A stretch of 64,000 bases of DNA. Origin: Mobula birostris. Taxonomy: Eukaryota. The DNA is taken from NCBI RefSeq assembly GCF_030028105.1, contig NC_092387.1, positions 36,589,590 to 36,653,589 on the forward strand. Reading direction: 5' to 3'. A program made the translations under genes and the position numbers. The first letter of the stretch is position 1. Every line of letters begins with the position of its first letter. Below, one piece after another: positions 40,660-53,809 of the stretch. Under the pieces are notes generated by a model. The model saw only the letters and a list, made by a program, of their open reading frames with translations, had not been told where the DNA came from and searched no databases.

Positions 40660-41965
40660 TGTGCAATCGTGTTTGACTTAGTTATCCGGACTGTTAAGGG
40701 CCTAGTAAGGGGGATATGTATATTGTTCAGGTAAGTTTCCTGAGTCAATATACAGAGGGCTCTGCTCGAGATGGTGCAATAATGAACAAGGATGGGCAAG
40801 TACCTGAAGTGAAAGTTTGGCTTTAGTGATCGTAATTCTTAGTTTTAAGATAGTGAATTAAAGAATAGGACAGGTTCACAGATTTAAGTCCTAAACTGGA
40901 GCAGGGCTACTTTTGGGAAAATTAGACTAGATCTGGCAGAGCCCAATTGAATGTGCTTGTTTGAAGGGAAAGGAACAAATGGCAAATGGGAGGTTTTTAA
41001 GTGTCCAGGAGAGCATTTTCCTGTTAGGGTGGAGGGCAAACCTGAAGTGTTTAGGGAATCTTAGCTGACAAATGATATTGATGCTTTTGTAAGAAAAATG
41101 AGGTAGCATATATTGGGTTTAGGAAGTCAAGATTGAGCCAATCTCTTGAATAGTATAAAAAGATTAGGAATACTCGTGAGAGGAAAATCAGGAGAGTAAA
41201 GCGAGGGTATAAGCTAGATCTGGCAAGTAAGGTTAAGGAAAATGGCAAGCAGTTCTTTAAATATATTAGAAGAGTGGTTAGGGAGAAAGTTGGGTCTCCT
41301 GAGAGATTATCATGGCTGCCTATGTTTTGAGCCACAGGGATGGATGGGATTTCTTCTTGTTGTTTACTAATGAGAACACCATGAGATAAAGAAAACAAAT
41401 AGAAATATTTTGGAGGACAGTCATATTGCCAGAGAGTGCATTAAGGTGGCTACATCTCTAGGATCTGACTGAGTGTATCCTTAGACTTTGTGGGAGTCTA
41501 GAGAGGAAATTACAGAGGCCTTTGGGAAGGTATGTGCTTCATAATGATTCACTAGTAAAATTCCTGAGTACTAAAAGGAGATTAATATTGTTCTGCCAGC
41601 ATTTGAATAGATAGTCTAATTAGGATGAGTCAGCATGACTGCCCTTGGGAAGTTGTACTTGATGAACGTTTTAGAGTCCTTTGAAGAGGTAATCAAAAAG
41701 TTGTATGAGGGTAGGACAGTGCATGTTGTCTCTTTGGACTATAGCAAGAGCTTTGACAAGGTCCTGCATGATAGGCTGGTTTGGAAAGTTAGGTCCCATG
41801 GAATTCAAGGAGAGATAGCTCGGTGGATTCAAAATTGCCTTGGAGGCTACAAGCAGAGGGTGGTGGTTGAAGGTTGTTATTTGGAATGGTGACCAGTAAC
41901 CAATGATGTTGCCACAGAAGTCGGAATTGGGACCCTTGTAATTAATGTTTTATATAAGATTTGGA
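40660..41965 (+). mobile_element. CR1-type LINE ORF2 fragments
   Basis: ORF 41635-41892 (FEEV.K...EGR.V.VV.LDYSKSFDKV.H.RL..K...HGI.G....WI.N.L....QRVVV.G) is CR1 reverse transcriptase. Confidence 0.85.
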
Positions 41966-42539
41966 TGCTTTCACACATCTGTTACCTCCCCTTTGATTCT
42001 TTTGCTACTTACATACAACAGCAATAATTTATTGTAACCAATTAACTGATAAGAACATTGTTTGGATATGGGAGTAAATGTACACAGATTGCACAGACAG
42101 TATCCGATGTTGGGATCCAAACTGGATTACTACTATGCTGACCGTTCTAACTCCTAATCTTTGTCTTATTCACTCATCCATTGATAGATGGCAGCTTCCT
42201 TGCATTTTACAAGACAGACTCTTTTAAGTAGAAGTGTGGTGAAACATTTAACATTTCCCTGTTCTGTAAATTACGGTTCCTTATACTCCATGTTGAAGAC
42301 ATTATTGTAAGGTGGTCAAACATTTGAGTCAATAGATAGTATAGTCTAGGATTGTGAGTTCTGTTCTGATGACTGAACTAAGTAAGGGGGCGATTATTTG
42401 AACCGATTGCAGAAAATGTAGCTTTAAGCACTGGCACTAATTTCAAGTTGGTGAATATAAAACAACTTTTTTTTTGAATGAGTGAGAAAAATCGGAGTGG
42501 GGAAATTGACTTGAGTTTTGACTTAAATTCTCTTTCCAG

Positions 42540-42632
42540 GCACCAAAACAGTATCCTTACAATAACCTGTATCTGGAGAATGGAGGTTCACCTGATGAAG
42601 AACCAGCTGAAGTGATCCACTATGAAATATGA
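42540..42632 (+). CDS. NDUFB8: NDUFB8 exon 5 ([30 protein letters not shown])
   Basis: Hand-translated; acceptor ttccag|GCA; TGA at 42630-42632; conserved PKQYP and HYEI end. Confidence 0.97.
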   Translation, partial: APKQYPYNNLYLENGGSPDEEPAEVIHYEI

Positions 42633-42696
42633 CCAGATTTCTATCACTGATTGTTGGGTATATGTCAATTTGGAATTGTTCTTGTATGTATAATTA

Positions 42697-42717
42697 AATA
42701 AATAACTAACTAATAAA
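42697..42717 (+). terminator. NDUFB8 polyadenylation signals (two AATAAA)
   Basis: AATAAA at 42697-42702 and 42712-42717, 65-85 nt after the stop codon. Confidence 0.7.
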
Positions 42718-44039
42718 ATTGTCATCATATTTATGAAAAAATTGTTCCAGTTACTTTTCAGGATGAATCCAGTAGCTGTAATGGAATAGGTCTAGGTCCC
42801 AGAAAATGAATTAATCCAATAGTGTTTTATGTTTCAGTTGTCTTTCATACTCAAATTACACTTTTGAAATGAATCAGAACTATCAATTAGAGCAGATTTC
42901 ATTGCAGTAGCACTGCTTTTAAAACAACCTTTCTTATTCACTTAGACTATAAGAAATAGGAACAGGTCCATTCAGCCCTTCGAACCTGCTCTATCATTCA
43001 AAATAATCATCACTCATCCATCAATCCTCAAGTCCACTTTTCTGTTCTTTTCCCATAACCCTTGATTTCTTTACTGATTAGAAATCTAAATATTTTGGGT
43101 TTAAATATTATGCCAAGGACTCTGGCCATACCACTCTCTATGGCAATGAGATCTAAAGACTCAACCCTCTGAGAGAAGAAATTCTTTGTCATCTAAGTCT
43201 TAAAAGGGCACACTGTATAATCGGACTGTCCTATGAGGGCAAGCATCTTTTCAGCATCTTCCCTCTCTAATCCCTGAAAAGTCTATATTTCATTAAGATT
43301 GGTTTTCACTCTTTTACATTCTGATGAGTAGAATCTCACCACCTTTCATCTCATCGAACAATCCCTCCATACTCAGGATCATCCAAGTATACCTTCTCTG
43401 AACTGCCTGCAATGAAATAATATCTTCTAAACAGGAAGACTAAAGTTATTAAATGGTCAAAGTTGAGTTTATTAGTATATGCACAAGCATGTGTCTGCAC
43501 AAAAATCTTTCAGCAGCATTTGCAGGCACATAGCAGCCTACAAGCAGCATTCACAAGAGATTTTTAAAATAATTACGCACAATTTGTCTGAGAAAGAACA
43601 CAATTAGAACAAACAAAATGTACATTTTAGTGCAACATGATTAGGGTTGTGCCAATTGGTCTAAGAGGAGAATGCTTCAAGGGAAGTAGCTGTTGAACAT
43701 GTAGCTTCAGACTTCTTTGCCTCCTGACCCTTGGTACATTTGAGATGATGGCTTGGCCCAGGTAGTGGGGATCCTTGATGGATGTTGCCTCCTTGAGGCA
43801 GCATGTCCTATAAATTCTACATTTGTGGGGAGGTACGTATTGTGACGTATTGGGTAAAGTCCACTGCTCTGTGAAGCTGCTTATGTTCCTGCACATTCAA
43901 GTTACTGTACCAGACCTTGATGAAATCAGTCAAGCTACTTTCAAAGTACATCTGTAGAAGTTAAAGTGTTTGGTGATGAGCTGAACCTTCTTAACCTCCT
44001 AAGAAAGTAAAAATGCTGATGTGCTTTCTATTGCAGTTT

Positions 44040-44480
44040 GGCATTCAATTCTATCATCCCTTCAAAACTAATCAATAAGCTTCAAGACCTTGGCCTCACT
44101 AACTCCCTGTGAAATTGGATCCATTATTTCCTCACTTGCTGACCCCAGTCAGTTTGGATTACAACATCTCCTCCACAACTTCCATCAGCACAAGTGCACC
44201 ACAGGGCTGTGTGCTTAGCCTTTAGTCTACTCGCTTTATGCTTATGACTATGTGGCTAAGCACAGCTCCAATGCCATATTCAAGTTTGCAGATGACAGCA
44301 CTGTCATAGGCCAAATCAAGTGTGAAGACGAAGCAGCATATAGGAGGGAGATTGAATATCAGGCTGAGTGATGCCACAACAACCTCTTACTCAATGTCAT
44401 CAGGGCAAAGGAGCTGATTATTGACCAGGAGGAGGCAACCAGAGGTCCATAAGGCAGACCTCATTGGAAGATCAGAAATG
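44040..44480 (+). mobile_element. Rex1/Babar-like LINE RT fragment
   Basis: Translates ..APQGCVLS...YSLY.YD.VAKHSSNAIFKFADDSTVIG.I...DE.AYRREI. Confidence 0.75.
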
Positions 44481-44595
44481 GAGTGGGCCAAGGACGGAGC
44501 AGGAAGCAGCAGTGAGACATCCTGTAATGATCAATAAACCAATGGCTTGGAATCAAATGACCTTGCCTGTGTCTCAGGGCTGGGTGTGTCTGCAC

Positions 44596-44700
44596 CCATG
44601 CTACCTCCTGCCCTGGCACTCCTCTGTCCCACACCCTTCCCACAGTCATCCACGCCACCTCCTGCTCTGGCACTCCTCTGTCCCACACCCTTGCCATTCC
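44596..44700 (+). repeat. Two-copy tandem repeat, period about 54 bp
   Basis: CCA(T/C)GC(T/C)ACCTCCTGC(C/T)CTGGCACTCCTCTGTCCCACACCCTT starting at 44596 and 44650. Confidence 0.8.
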
Positions 44701-44969
44701 CAAAATCCTTTGCTCCCACTAAATAAATCACTGCTTTATTTGGAAGGAGTGTTTGTAAAAAGGAAAGAGGGAAAAGAGCAAGGAGTTGCACCTTCTGAAT
44801 CTACAATGCAACTGTAGTGAAAGTGCAGAAGGCTTTGTTGGTAATTATGTAAAATTGTCTGGATTTTGAAGAACTCCAAGAAGATTGCCAAGTACCAAAA
44901 TTCAAGAAAAGCCAAATACAGAAAGCAAGAATCAAAATCAGAATCGGGTTTTATATCACTGTCAGTTAG

Positions 44970-45885
44970 ATGATCTTGTAGCACAGTTAAGAGATTAGCA
45001 AATATGATATTGTGACCTTCACTGAGTTGTGGATGAAAGAAAATTAATCATTGGGAACTTCACATCCAAGGATACACATTGTATTGAAAAGACAGGCAGA
45101 TAAGCAGAGGCGATGGGATGACTCTGTTGGGGAAAAAAATGAAGTCAAAGGCATAGAAATGGGTGACAAAGGATTGGAAGATATGAAATCCTTGTGGGTA
45201 GAGTTAAGAAACTGTAAGGGTAAAAAGACCCTGATAGGAGTTATCAGGTTGCAGGACATTGGTGAATGCATAGGGAGCATTGGAAACTAGGTCCTGACAT
45301 GCAGTTGCTGAGTACAAGATTTGGGATCCCAACAAACGGCACGGAGCATGCGAGTTGGAGCCTTGCTAAGTGGGAGTGAAGTGAAGGAACCCAGTGAGTG
45401 CAGCACACTATCACCTGGTGAGCTGAGATGCTAAAGCATTGAGATTTCTGAATACAGAGATTGCAGATTATCAGATGTTCACTACAGCTGGGTGCCACAG
45501 CGATCAGTGTTGGGGTTTCAACTATTTATGATTCGCTTGGCTCAGAGGGACCAAGTGTCCTTAGCTAGACCCCTTCATGGTACAAAAATATTTAGGTTTG
45601 TGAATTGTGAGGGGAATACAAAGACCTTGTGAAGGAATATAGACAGGTCATATGTGGGGGAAAAGTAGGCAGTTGGGAATATGATGAGTTCATCCCCAGA
45701 TAGTTTAGCTACAATTCCAAGTATTATGAATTATAAGTTTATTTACTTTGGATGAAAGAATCAAAAAGCGAATTTTCAAACAAGGTGAACTTACAAAATG
45801 TTGTGGTACAAAGGTATCTGAGGGTCCTAGTGCATGAGTACAAAAAATTAGCAGGAAAGAACAATAGGTAATTAGGAAGATATCT
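44970..45885 (+). mobile_element. CR1-type LINE fragments (endonuclease and RT)
   Basis: ORF 45051-45290 contains SLWVELRNCKGKKTLIGV; upstream YDIV..TE.W motif. Confidence 0.65.
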
Positions 45886-46944
45886 CCTCAACAATGGAAA
45901 AACGTATTACGGTTGAGTGTCCAGTTTGCAAAACACATCTACAGTATTTAATCCAGAAAGGTGAATCTTAACCTGCTACTTGTTTTTTTTAGTTCTCCAT
46001 TTCACTTCCACTCTAATCAGTTTGTTTTTAGCCTCAACATTCTCACTTCATGGTTTTGCTTTCTGTTCTTGTTCATTCCCCCTTTGCTACATCCCTGGAT
46101 AGTTTAGCTACAATTAAAAAGCCATCCTGCTCTAATTTGTGTCATAATGCTTCTCTCGGTGTCACCCCATCAGCAATCCCTTTGTTCTCTCTATTCGTCT
46201 ATTTTTCTCTACAGATTAGTTGTTGGCCAGAAGGAACCACAATCTACAAATCAATAGATTGGGATTAATCAAGGACAGGGGGTGAGCAGAAATGTTGAAC
46301 AACATTGGTTGTAGCCCTGGACTAGAGCTAGTAAGAAGGTGACCCAGGTAGGTCAGGTGACTTTAAGGCAATGGGATGGAGGTCCATCAGTTCAACTGAT
46401 GAGGAACACTATAAGATTCAGGAGCTCCAGACATGTAAGGGAGACAACTCTCCAGAGACCAGCCATCACGGAAGTGGAGGATCCCACGGATATGTGGAGA
46501 TTGTGACCGTGAGGAATCCCTGGTCAGCATAGATTCCTTTCCCGGGTAATGCCTTTTCTTTTCATTGTTCATGGAAGGTCAGGGAATTCTAGTGGGTGTG
46601 CACACATGTAGTTAATTTGTGAACCCACGTGCTTTTAAGTTGAGACATTGAAGGCTACCTGTCAGTAAATACAGATTCTCTCTGTGCCTCTGATCATTAT
46701 TACAAGTATATTGAATATTTTAGCATTTCGTATTTCTGATGGAATGGAGGAACATGGATGATACACGGGAGGTGGACATTTATTATAAATTGGCATCGGG
46801 TTTGGCACAAAATACGATACAGACAGGAAATAGATACATGGCTCCTATGGGTAGAAAATAGATTCATGGCTCCTGCACTCATATTGCACTATTTATTTTT
46901 TGTAACTTATGTCTTGCACTGTAGCTCTGCTGTGAAACAATAAA

Positions 46945-47535
46945 CTTCATCCACTCCATCCGCCAAAAGTAGAACTTCCCGGTGGCCAAGCATTTTAATT
47001 CTGATTCCCATTCCTATTCTGACATGTCGGTCCATGGTCTCCTTTTGTGCCAAGACGAGGCCACCCTCAGGGTGGAGAAACAACACCTTATGAATTCCGT
47101 CTGGGTAGCCTCCAAACTGATGGCATGAATATTGATTTCTTCTTCCGGTAATAACTTTTTCTTTTTCCCAATCTTGCCTCTTACCTCTTCTCACCTCTTC
47201 CCTTTCTCCTCTCCTGTCAGATCCCTTCTTCCCCAGCCCTTTACCTTTACCTGGATTCACCTATCACCTTCCAGCTATCCTCCTTTCCCAACACCCCCCT
47301 CCACCTTTTTATTCTGGCGTCTTTCCCCATTCCTTTCCAGTCCTGAAGAAGTCTCTCGGACCGAAACATCGACTGTCTATCCCTTTCAGTAGATACTGCC
47401 AGACCTGCTGAGTTCCTCCAGCATTTTGTGTGTGTTGCAACGTTTAATGATTAACACATTCAAGATGCTGGAGAAACTCAGCTGGTCAGGCAGCATCTGT
47501 GGAAAGAAATGCACAGTCGACGTTTCGGGGGAGAC
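46945..47535 (+). mobile_element. PLE 3' end (GIY-YIG C-terminus, UTR, terminal repeat) plus an inverted terminal-repeat fragment
   Basis: Translates FPVAKHFNSDSHSYSDMSVHGLLLCQDEATLRVEKQHL...RLGSLQ.DGMNIDF; hammerhead-like CAGTC-CTGAAGA...GAAACATC-GACTG at 47338-47375; inverted fragment at about 47453-47530. Confidence 0.85.
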
Positions 47536-47689
47536 TCAAATTTCACGATTTATGTCAATAATAATAAACCTGATTCCCTTCAAACTGTAACTTTGATCTT
47601 TCTCTCCCTACAAACATTGCCGGACTTTTTGAGTATTTACAGCATTTTCAGCTTTCCTTTCTGAAGATAGTTACTTTGCTTTCAGACGG

Positions 47690-48070
47690 GAAAGATTCGA
47701 TGTCAATGAACCCCGACGCAGGATGCTTCACCAAGGTGGTCGAGATGTGGCTCCGCCCACCAGTCACGTGCCCACGACGGAACGGAGGTTGCGCGCCGGC
47801 GCAGTTGCCACGTCGCGGCGAAGCGGCGTGAGGGAGCGGGGTCCCTTCGCTGTGTGGATTACTGCCGATGTCCCGACGGTAAGCGGCGGCCTGCGTGGTG
47901 GGGCGCTGAGAGGCCGGCCGGGCTGCGTGGCACGGTTGACGCGAGCCAGGAGCGCGCAACAGTGGGCAAGGGGGTAGGCCTTAGTCCCTCTACAGGCCCC
48001 GACCCTGCTGCCCGCCGTATGACAGCGCTGGAGTCTTGAGCGATCTCTTGCCGCTTTACCCGTGGTTCCT
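47690..48070 (+). promoter_or_regulatory. SEC31B: SEC31B CpG-island promoter and probable non-coding exon 1
   Basis: Dense CpG island about 3.9 kb upstream of the first coding exon; GC box CCGCCC (47753-47758), GTCACGTG (47763-47770), GCCACGTC (47807-47814); donor ACG|gtaagc at 47879, alternative gtaggc at 47974. The first coding exon has an acceptor only 14 nt before its ATG. Confidence 0.75.
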
Positions 48071-49721
48071 GCCCAACTCCCCACAGCCCTTCCTCAGCCA
48101 TGGAGGCTACAGTTTCCAGGCTTCTCTGTTACTAATGACTCTGAGAAACTCCCATACAACTTCTCAGCTCCTGTAGTCGAGCTCGGAATCCCCGCCTTTT
48201 TATAAACTTTTGCATTTGGAATCACTGTCGCCTTGTGTTCTGATTCACGAAATATTTCAGCTAACAGCCCAATCTCTGCGATCCTGAATGACTTTTAACA
48301 TCTCTATTTTAATATATGTGTAAATACCTTGGATTTCTGCCTCCAACCTCTCCCAGTCCCAAACTTAGAATCTGATCAAACTCTTATCCCACCCATCACC
48401 CCCTCTGCCCTTACCCACTTCACCCTTGTCCTCTACCCTCTGACATTCCTCTTGTCCCAGTCCCCGTAATTTGCGCCGTCCTGGTCCCTCCCCTTCTCCC
48501 AGCCCCACCCTAATCTTCCTAAATCTTGTCCTGGTATCCTGGACTCTCAATTCCTCCTTTTGCAATCCTCTCCCCCTCCAACACCTCTTCCCCTCAAGAA
48601 TAATTGCTTCTCAGATGAGGTGCCACTATGTAACTGAACTTAAAATCTGGAGTTCCCTTTGAATCTGCGTCTGCACTTATTTTAGAATCAATTCCAAATA
48701 GTCATTTAATCCCATTCCCATTATAAATTATTTCCAAATTTGTTAAATTTCCAAAGAAATTAGAACTGCTCAGCAGATTGAGTAGAGGGAAAAGCATTTT
48801 ATCATTTTGATAGATGACTTTTTATCAAAACAAGGCTAAATTAAAAAGCAAATGTTGTAAACTGTGAGAAGAGTTAGTGATGTTTGTGCCAGGCTGGAGG
48901 ATGAAAGACTGGATGTTAAACAAGTGGTGGTGTCAGCTGAGAGGGACTGTTGAATGGCTTGTTGATCACTGTAAATTAGTCTGTAAGGAAAATGTGTAAA
49001 TAGAAGGCCTTTTATTTTAATTCTCTGTTTAATTTCTACTCTGACATTTGTCTTTGGTCTTTTACACTGTAGAATGAGGCCAGGCTAAACTTGTCAGATA
49101 GCTTACATCTAGAAACGTTCCAGCCCTTGGGAATTAATACTGAATTTAAAATTGCAGACTTGTAGTCTATCCAATTTGTATCAGAGCTGTCTAGTTGTGA
49201 TGAAAGATCATCAAATTGTGACATTAACTCAGATTTTCTCTACCCTCCTGCTGCCTGACTTGCTAAGTATTTCTAGTATTCTGTTTATTTCAGATTTACA
49301 ACAGTAGTGTTTTGTGTCTCACTGATGAAGCATTAAACTTTGTTTCCTTCCTCAGTAACCCTTCATTCTGTTTCATTCTCTTCCTGATCAATTAGCAGTA
49401 AATTAATAAGCCTTCACCACTGTCTGTCAGTTGGCAGCACCACCACTAGCTGTATCCTTAAGGCTTTTGGCTTCACCTTAACAACATATCCCCTCTGTTT
49501 TTGCCTCCCTTTCTTTGATCTCTTCATCTTAAAACATATTTAAGTTCTAACTTTTCTTTGTTTTAATGAAAAATCACTAATCTGTAACTTAGCTGCTGCC
49601 TGATCTATTGAATATTTCTAGCATCTTTTTTAAATTTCAGATTTACAGCATGTTGGCAGTTAACACTGGTTTTAAAGTTTTCTGTGTCTATATATGTATA
49701 TACAGTATGTATTTGTGTATA

Positions 49722-51265
49722 CAGTATTTTGTGGTGTTAGGCACCCTAGATTTTTAATGTAAATGTTGTTTTAGATGTGTATTTTTGCCTCCTGCATTAG
49801 TGTATCAATAGAAAAGTGCAAATTTTAGCTTTGCAAGCATTAATTTTCAAAAATGTAAATGTTAGAGAATTTTTTTGTATTTTGTTAAAGAAAGTAACAT
49901 GTAAGTAATAGACCATTTTTCAAATAAAAACTTGATTACTTTTTGGGTATATAGCCCAGCACATGATCAAACAAAGATGACAAACAGGATGCTAATAATC
50001 AATGACATAATGAGTTGAATGAACTAAACTGAGTAACTGAAACAGAAATGGTTGAAGGAATCAAGCTGGGCGAAGACAGCCAAACTAAAAGGTGAGGGTG
50101 TGGCACCTGTGACAGTCTAGCCTTCGAAACATCAATTCCATACCATGGTAAAAGTGAGCATAACAACAAGACACAAGGAGGTCACCCTGAATCAGCAATG
50201 TGTCTTCCAAGTACACATTTCAAAGCAGGCAGGAGGTTTCAAGATGTGCTGTCCAAACTCTTCTGAAGAAGCACAAAGAAATAGGCAAGGTTGAAGACCA
50301 GAAACACAGTATTCGGCCACAGAAACTGAGTGCAGCAGACGAAAGACATCAAACTGATGTTCCTTTTAAATCATAAGAAGTCCACCACTGCTATCAGCTC
50401 TGAACTCACAGAAACCATTGGAAACCAAGTACACCCCTCTACAGTCCAGAGAAGTCTTGTCAGAAATGGTCTTCATAGAAGAATTGTTGCCAAAAAGCCA
50501 TCCCTTCAAAGTGGAAACAATGCCAAGAGACTCACCTATGCACAAAAAGACAAGGACTGGGGTGCTGAACAATGGCAGCAAGTGCTCTGGAGTGAGGAGT
50601 CAAAATTTGAAATTGTTGGCTCAAACAGGAGGCAGTTTGTTTGTAAAAGAGCTAGATGAATGTCTGCAGCCAACGATGAAGCATGCTGGAAGTTCTCTGT
50701 AGTTCTGGGGCTGCATTTTTGCAAATGAAGTTAGTGATCTGGTCAGAATTAACGGAATCCACAATGCTGAGAATTACAGGCAGATTCTCATTCATTGCGC
50801 AATACCCGTTAGGGAGGCATCTGATCAATTCCAACTTCACTCTACAGCAGGACAATGACCCCAAACACCTGGTCAAGATCATAAAGAGTTCTGTTCAGTG
50901 AAAAAAAGAACAAGGAATTTTGTATGATCTCCACAGTGCCCTGATCTTAACACCATCGAGGCTGTCTAGGATTATCTGGAGAGACAGAAGCAAGTGAGAC
51001 AACCAAAGTCTGCAAAGTTCTCCAAGATGCTTGGAAAAACCTACTAGCCAATTTTCTTATAAAATTGCATGGCAGTGTATCGAAGAGACTTGATGCAGTT
51101 TTAAAGGCAAAAGGTGGTCACACCAAATATTGATTTGATTTAGCTTTTTACTGTTTTGGGCTTTTCTAGTGATTTTTTTTGATATTTAGAAACTTCATTA
51201 TTTTTGAAAGTATCTTCTCTTCACTGAATATTTTTACATGTGCTGAAGACTTTTGCACAGTATTG
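49722..51265 (+). mobile_element. Tc1/mariner transposon, decayed near-full-length copy in SEC31B intron 1
   Basis: Transposase remnants STVQRSL..NGL....AKKP, WQQVLWSEESKFEI, FTLQQDNDPKH, PDLNTIE; degenerate TIRs (right end GTGCTGAAGACTTTTGCACAGTATTG). Confidence 0.88.
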
Positions 51266-51776
51266 TGTGTGTGTGTCTATACAGTACTGTGCAAAAGTTT
51301 TGGATGTGTTTGTATATATAAAATATAGCTTTGCATATATATACATACAGGTTTATCTTTGCACACTTGATACTGTGAACTCTTGCCTCCTTTTAGCACA
51401 GTGAGTTGGCAGCTGCTAAGAAGCTGACTGGTTCCATCTCAAGGAATTCATTCTTCAAAATTAATATCTGGGCATAATAGCAATAGAAGATCAATAGATT
51501 AATAGAAAATCTAGTCTACGTCATCTAGGCAAATGGATGTAAGGATGATGGAGGGATATGGTCAAGGGGTGAGGAGGAGGGATTAGTGTTTGGGTGTTTT
51601 TGATTTGCTTTTTACCTGGTGTGGCACAACTTTGTGGGACGAATAGCCTGCTCCTGTGCTGTACTGTTGTCTGTTCTGTGAATGATGGTAGGTGACCTTG
51701 ACGAGAACATTGTTTACTTTCTAATATTGGGCAGTTTGTCATGATCACTTTTTTTGTTTCAGGCTAATAAGATAAA

Positions 51777-51855
51777 ATGAAGCTGAAGGAGATTGAGAGG
51801 ACAGCTGTTCAGTCCTGGAGCCCTGCTTCACATCATCCCCTTTATTTGGCCACAG
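51777..51855 (+). CDS. SEC31B: SEC31B coding exon 1 ([27 protein letters not shown])
   Basis: Acceptor at 51761-51762; two in-frame TAA just upstream of the ATG; donor CAG|gtaaat. Confidence 0.95.
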
Positions 51856-53559
51856 GTAAATGCAGAAAATGCTTCAAATCACAAGTATCTTACAATGTAA
51901 AGTTTTTAAAAAATTGCTTCCATTTTGGAATTGGTGGTATTCTTATAAGCAATTTTGCTTATATTTTTCTTTTGGTATAGTTGTTAACAAAATATCTTTT
52001 TTGTAAATATATGTGATCATAACTTCTAAATGTGCCTTTCAAGCGTTGTTACTGGATTTTAGTTATTATAGTCATTTGGTGTTAGTTAATATTAACTAGG
52101 TCAAGATACAGTATGTTCTGCATCTCTAAAAGTGCCTGAAAATCAATATCCGGCAAACACTACTGCTGCATAAGTTTGACATTTTAATTCTCTTAGCAGT
52201 TTTTTAAATTGTGTGAAAGGAATTTGCACATTATACAATCTTGAATGACTTGATTGAACATTAGTGCATGAAGCAGTGTGCATTGTCCTCTGACAGCACT
52301 GGCAGACCATAGCATTTATTGAACTACTCTTTGTACTTCAGTGGATTACCTGCAGATCCAGCATCTGCAGATTTTCTCTTGTTTGTACCTGACCAAATAA
52401 TGGTTTTACTGTGGGTCTGTGTCCAAAGGCGTGTTATAAGAGTCTACAGCTTTTTATTGTCATACAGCAGAACTCCTTGTTGAAGTAAGCAAGATCAGGA
52501 CATATTAGATAGATTTGAATGTCAGTAAAGTATTACTAAAGTATAAAAAGAGCAAGTGTGAATTTAAATAGCGGCTTTCTTGAGCGCTACTTCCTAAGTA
52601 CCTTATAGTTAATTAAGTACATTGTCAAGTGATTTCTATGCAGAGGTCTAGCCCAGTAACAACCGTGTGTAAACTTGTAGTGGTAATGGTGGAAGGATAA
52701 ATATTAGTGAAGGGACCAGGAAGGCAGTCGTCTCTTTGAGTAGTGTAATGGTGTTCTGCACTTGAAGTCTTGGTTTAATATTTCAACAATAACCAACTGT
52801 ATTTGCATAAAATTTTTAACATATAAAACAACCAGATACGCCCCACAGAGTTACTAAAATTGACATCTCAGATGAAAAGTGGCAGCTTTCACAATATAAC
52901 ACTCCAACTGTAGTATTCTGAACAGTTAACCCTGATAATGTACTCCAGATATTATCAGGGTTGACTGTTCAGGATATTACAGTTGGATTCAATATTGCTC
53001 ATTTCAGCAACATGATTATCAACCTGTATAATAGTGACTGTGTTACTTAACTAATCCCCCATTCAGCAACGCATTTTCATGCTTTCAGCCAACATCATTA
53101 ACATAATTTTCTTGGCCCCCATCTCTTGTTACGCAGGGCATACAGCTCAAGACTGATGATTGTAGCTTTGGGCACTTAACACAATATTTAATAGCACATC
53201 TGTATATATTCAACACAACATAGGAATGTGGATATAAAGGCAATCAGAAAACGTGATTCCTTAGTTCATGGTCCTTGTCCATATCATAAGTGACTTCAGC
53301 GCACTGAATTTACAACAAGGTGCTTTGGCACATCCTGATGTTGTGAAAAGAGCTATAAAAGTGGAGTTTTTTTTATCTTTATTGTTTTCTTCACCGTATA
53401 TGTTACATTTCCAGATCCTATCTGCTTTTCAAATTGTTCAAACAATGGTCATGGACTTATGGGTAACTTTTGAATAGTTCATTAACATCACTTTTAAATT
53501 GCTTAAATCTATCAGTTATTATTGTAGAGTAAGTTATACTATTATCCTTTAAACTATAG

Positions 53560-53683
53560 GTACCTCAGCACAACAGTTGGATGCTACCTTCAGTACAAAT
53601 GCAGCATTAGAGATCTATGAGCTGGATTTTTCAGATCCATCATTGGATGTAAAGTTGCGGGGCTGTCTACCTGCGACCACCAG
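53560..53683 (+). CDS. SEC31B: SEC31B coding exon 2 ([41 protein letters not shown])
   Basis: Hand-translated; acceptor tatag|GT, donor AG|gtaaat; 124 nt. Confidence 0.95.
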
Positions 53684-53809
53684 GTAAATATGTGGTGTAC
53701 ATACCCAACGTGGTAATAATCCATAAATTACTAAAGAGAATTCCTGGGCAAATGGCACTTGTTCGTAGTAGAACCTAGCTGTTTGACTATTGGGCTAAAT
53801 TCTTATAGA

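Larger units (their letters stand above)
31470..42632 (+). other. NDUFB8: NDUFB8 (complex I subunit B8) gene span, complete 5-exon CDS, 188 aa
   Basis: Exons 91+127+100+156+93 = 567 nt, in frame, all GT-AG; protein matches NDUFB8 throughout. Confidence 0.97.

Noticed and set aside
47648-48101. Overlapping Arg/Gly/Ala/Pro-rich ORFs on both strands
   Set aside because: Expected scarcity of stop codons in a GC-rich CpG island; no recognisable protein.
37831-51780. NDUFB8-SEC31B in-frame fusion by splicing NDUFB8 exon 4 to the SEC31B acceptor
   Set aside because: The phase-0 join reads ANKIK* and stops at 51778-51780, out of frame with SEC31B; no fusion protein and no transcript evidence.
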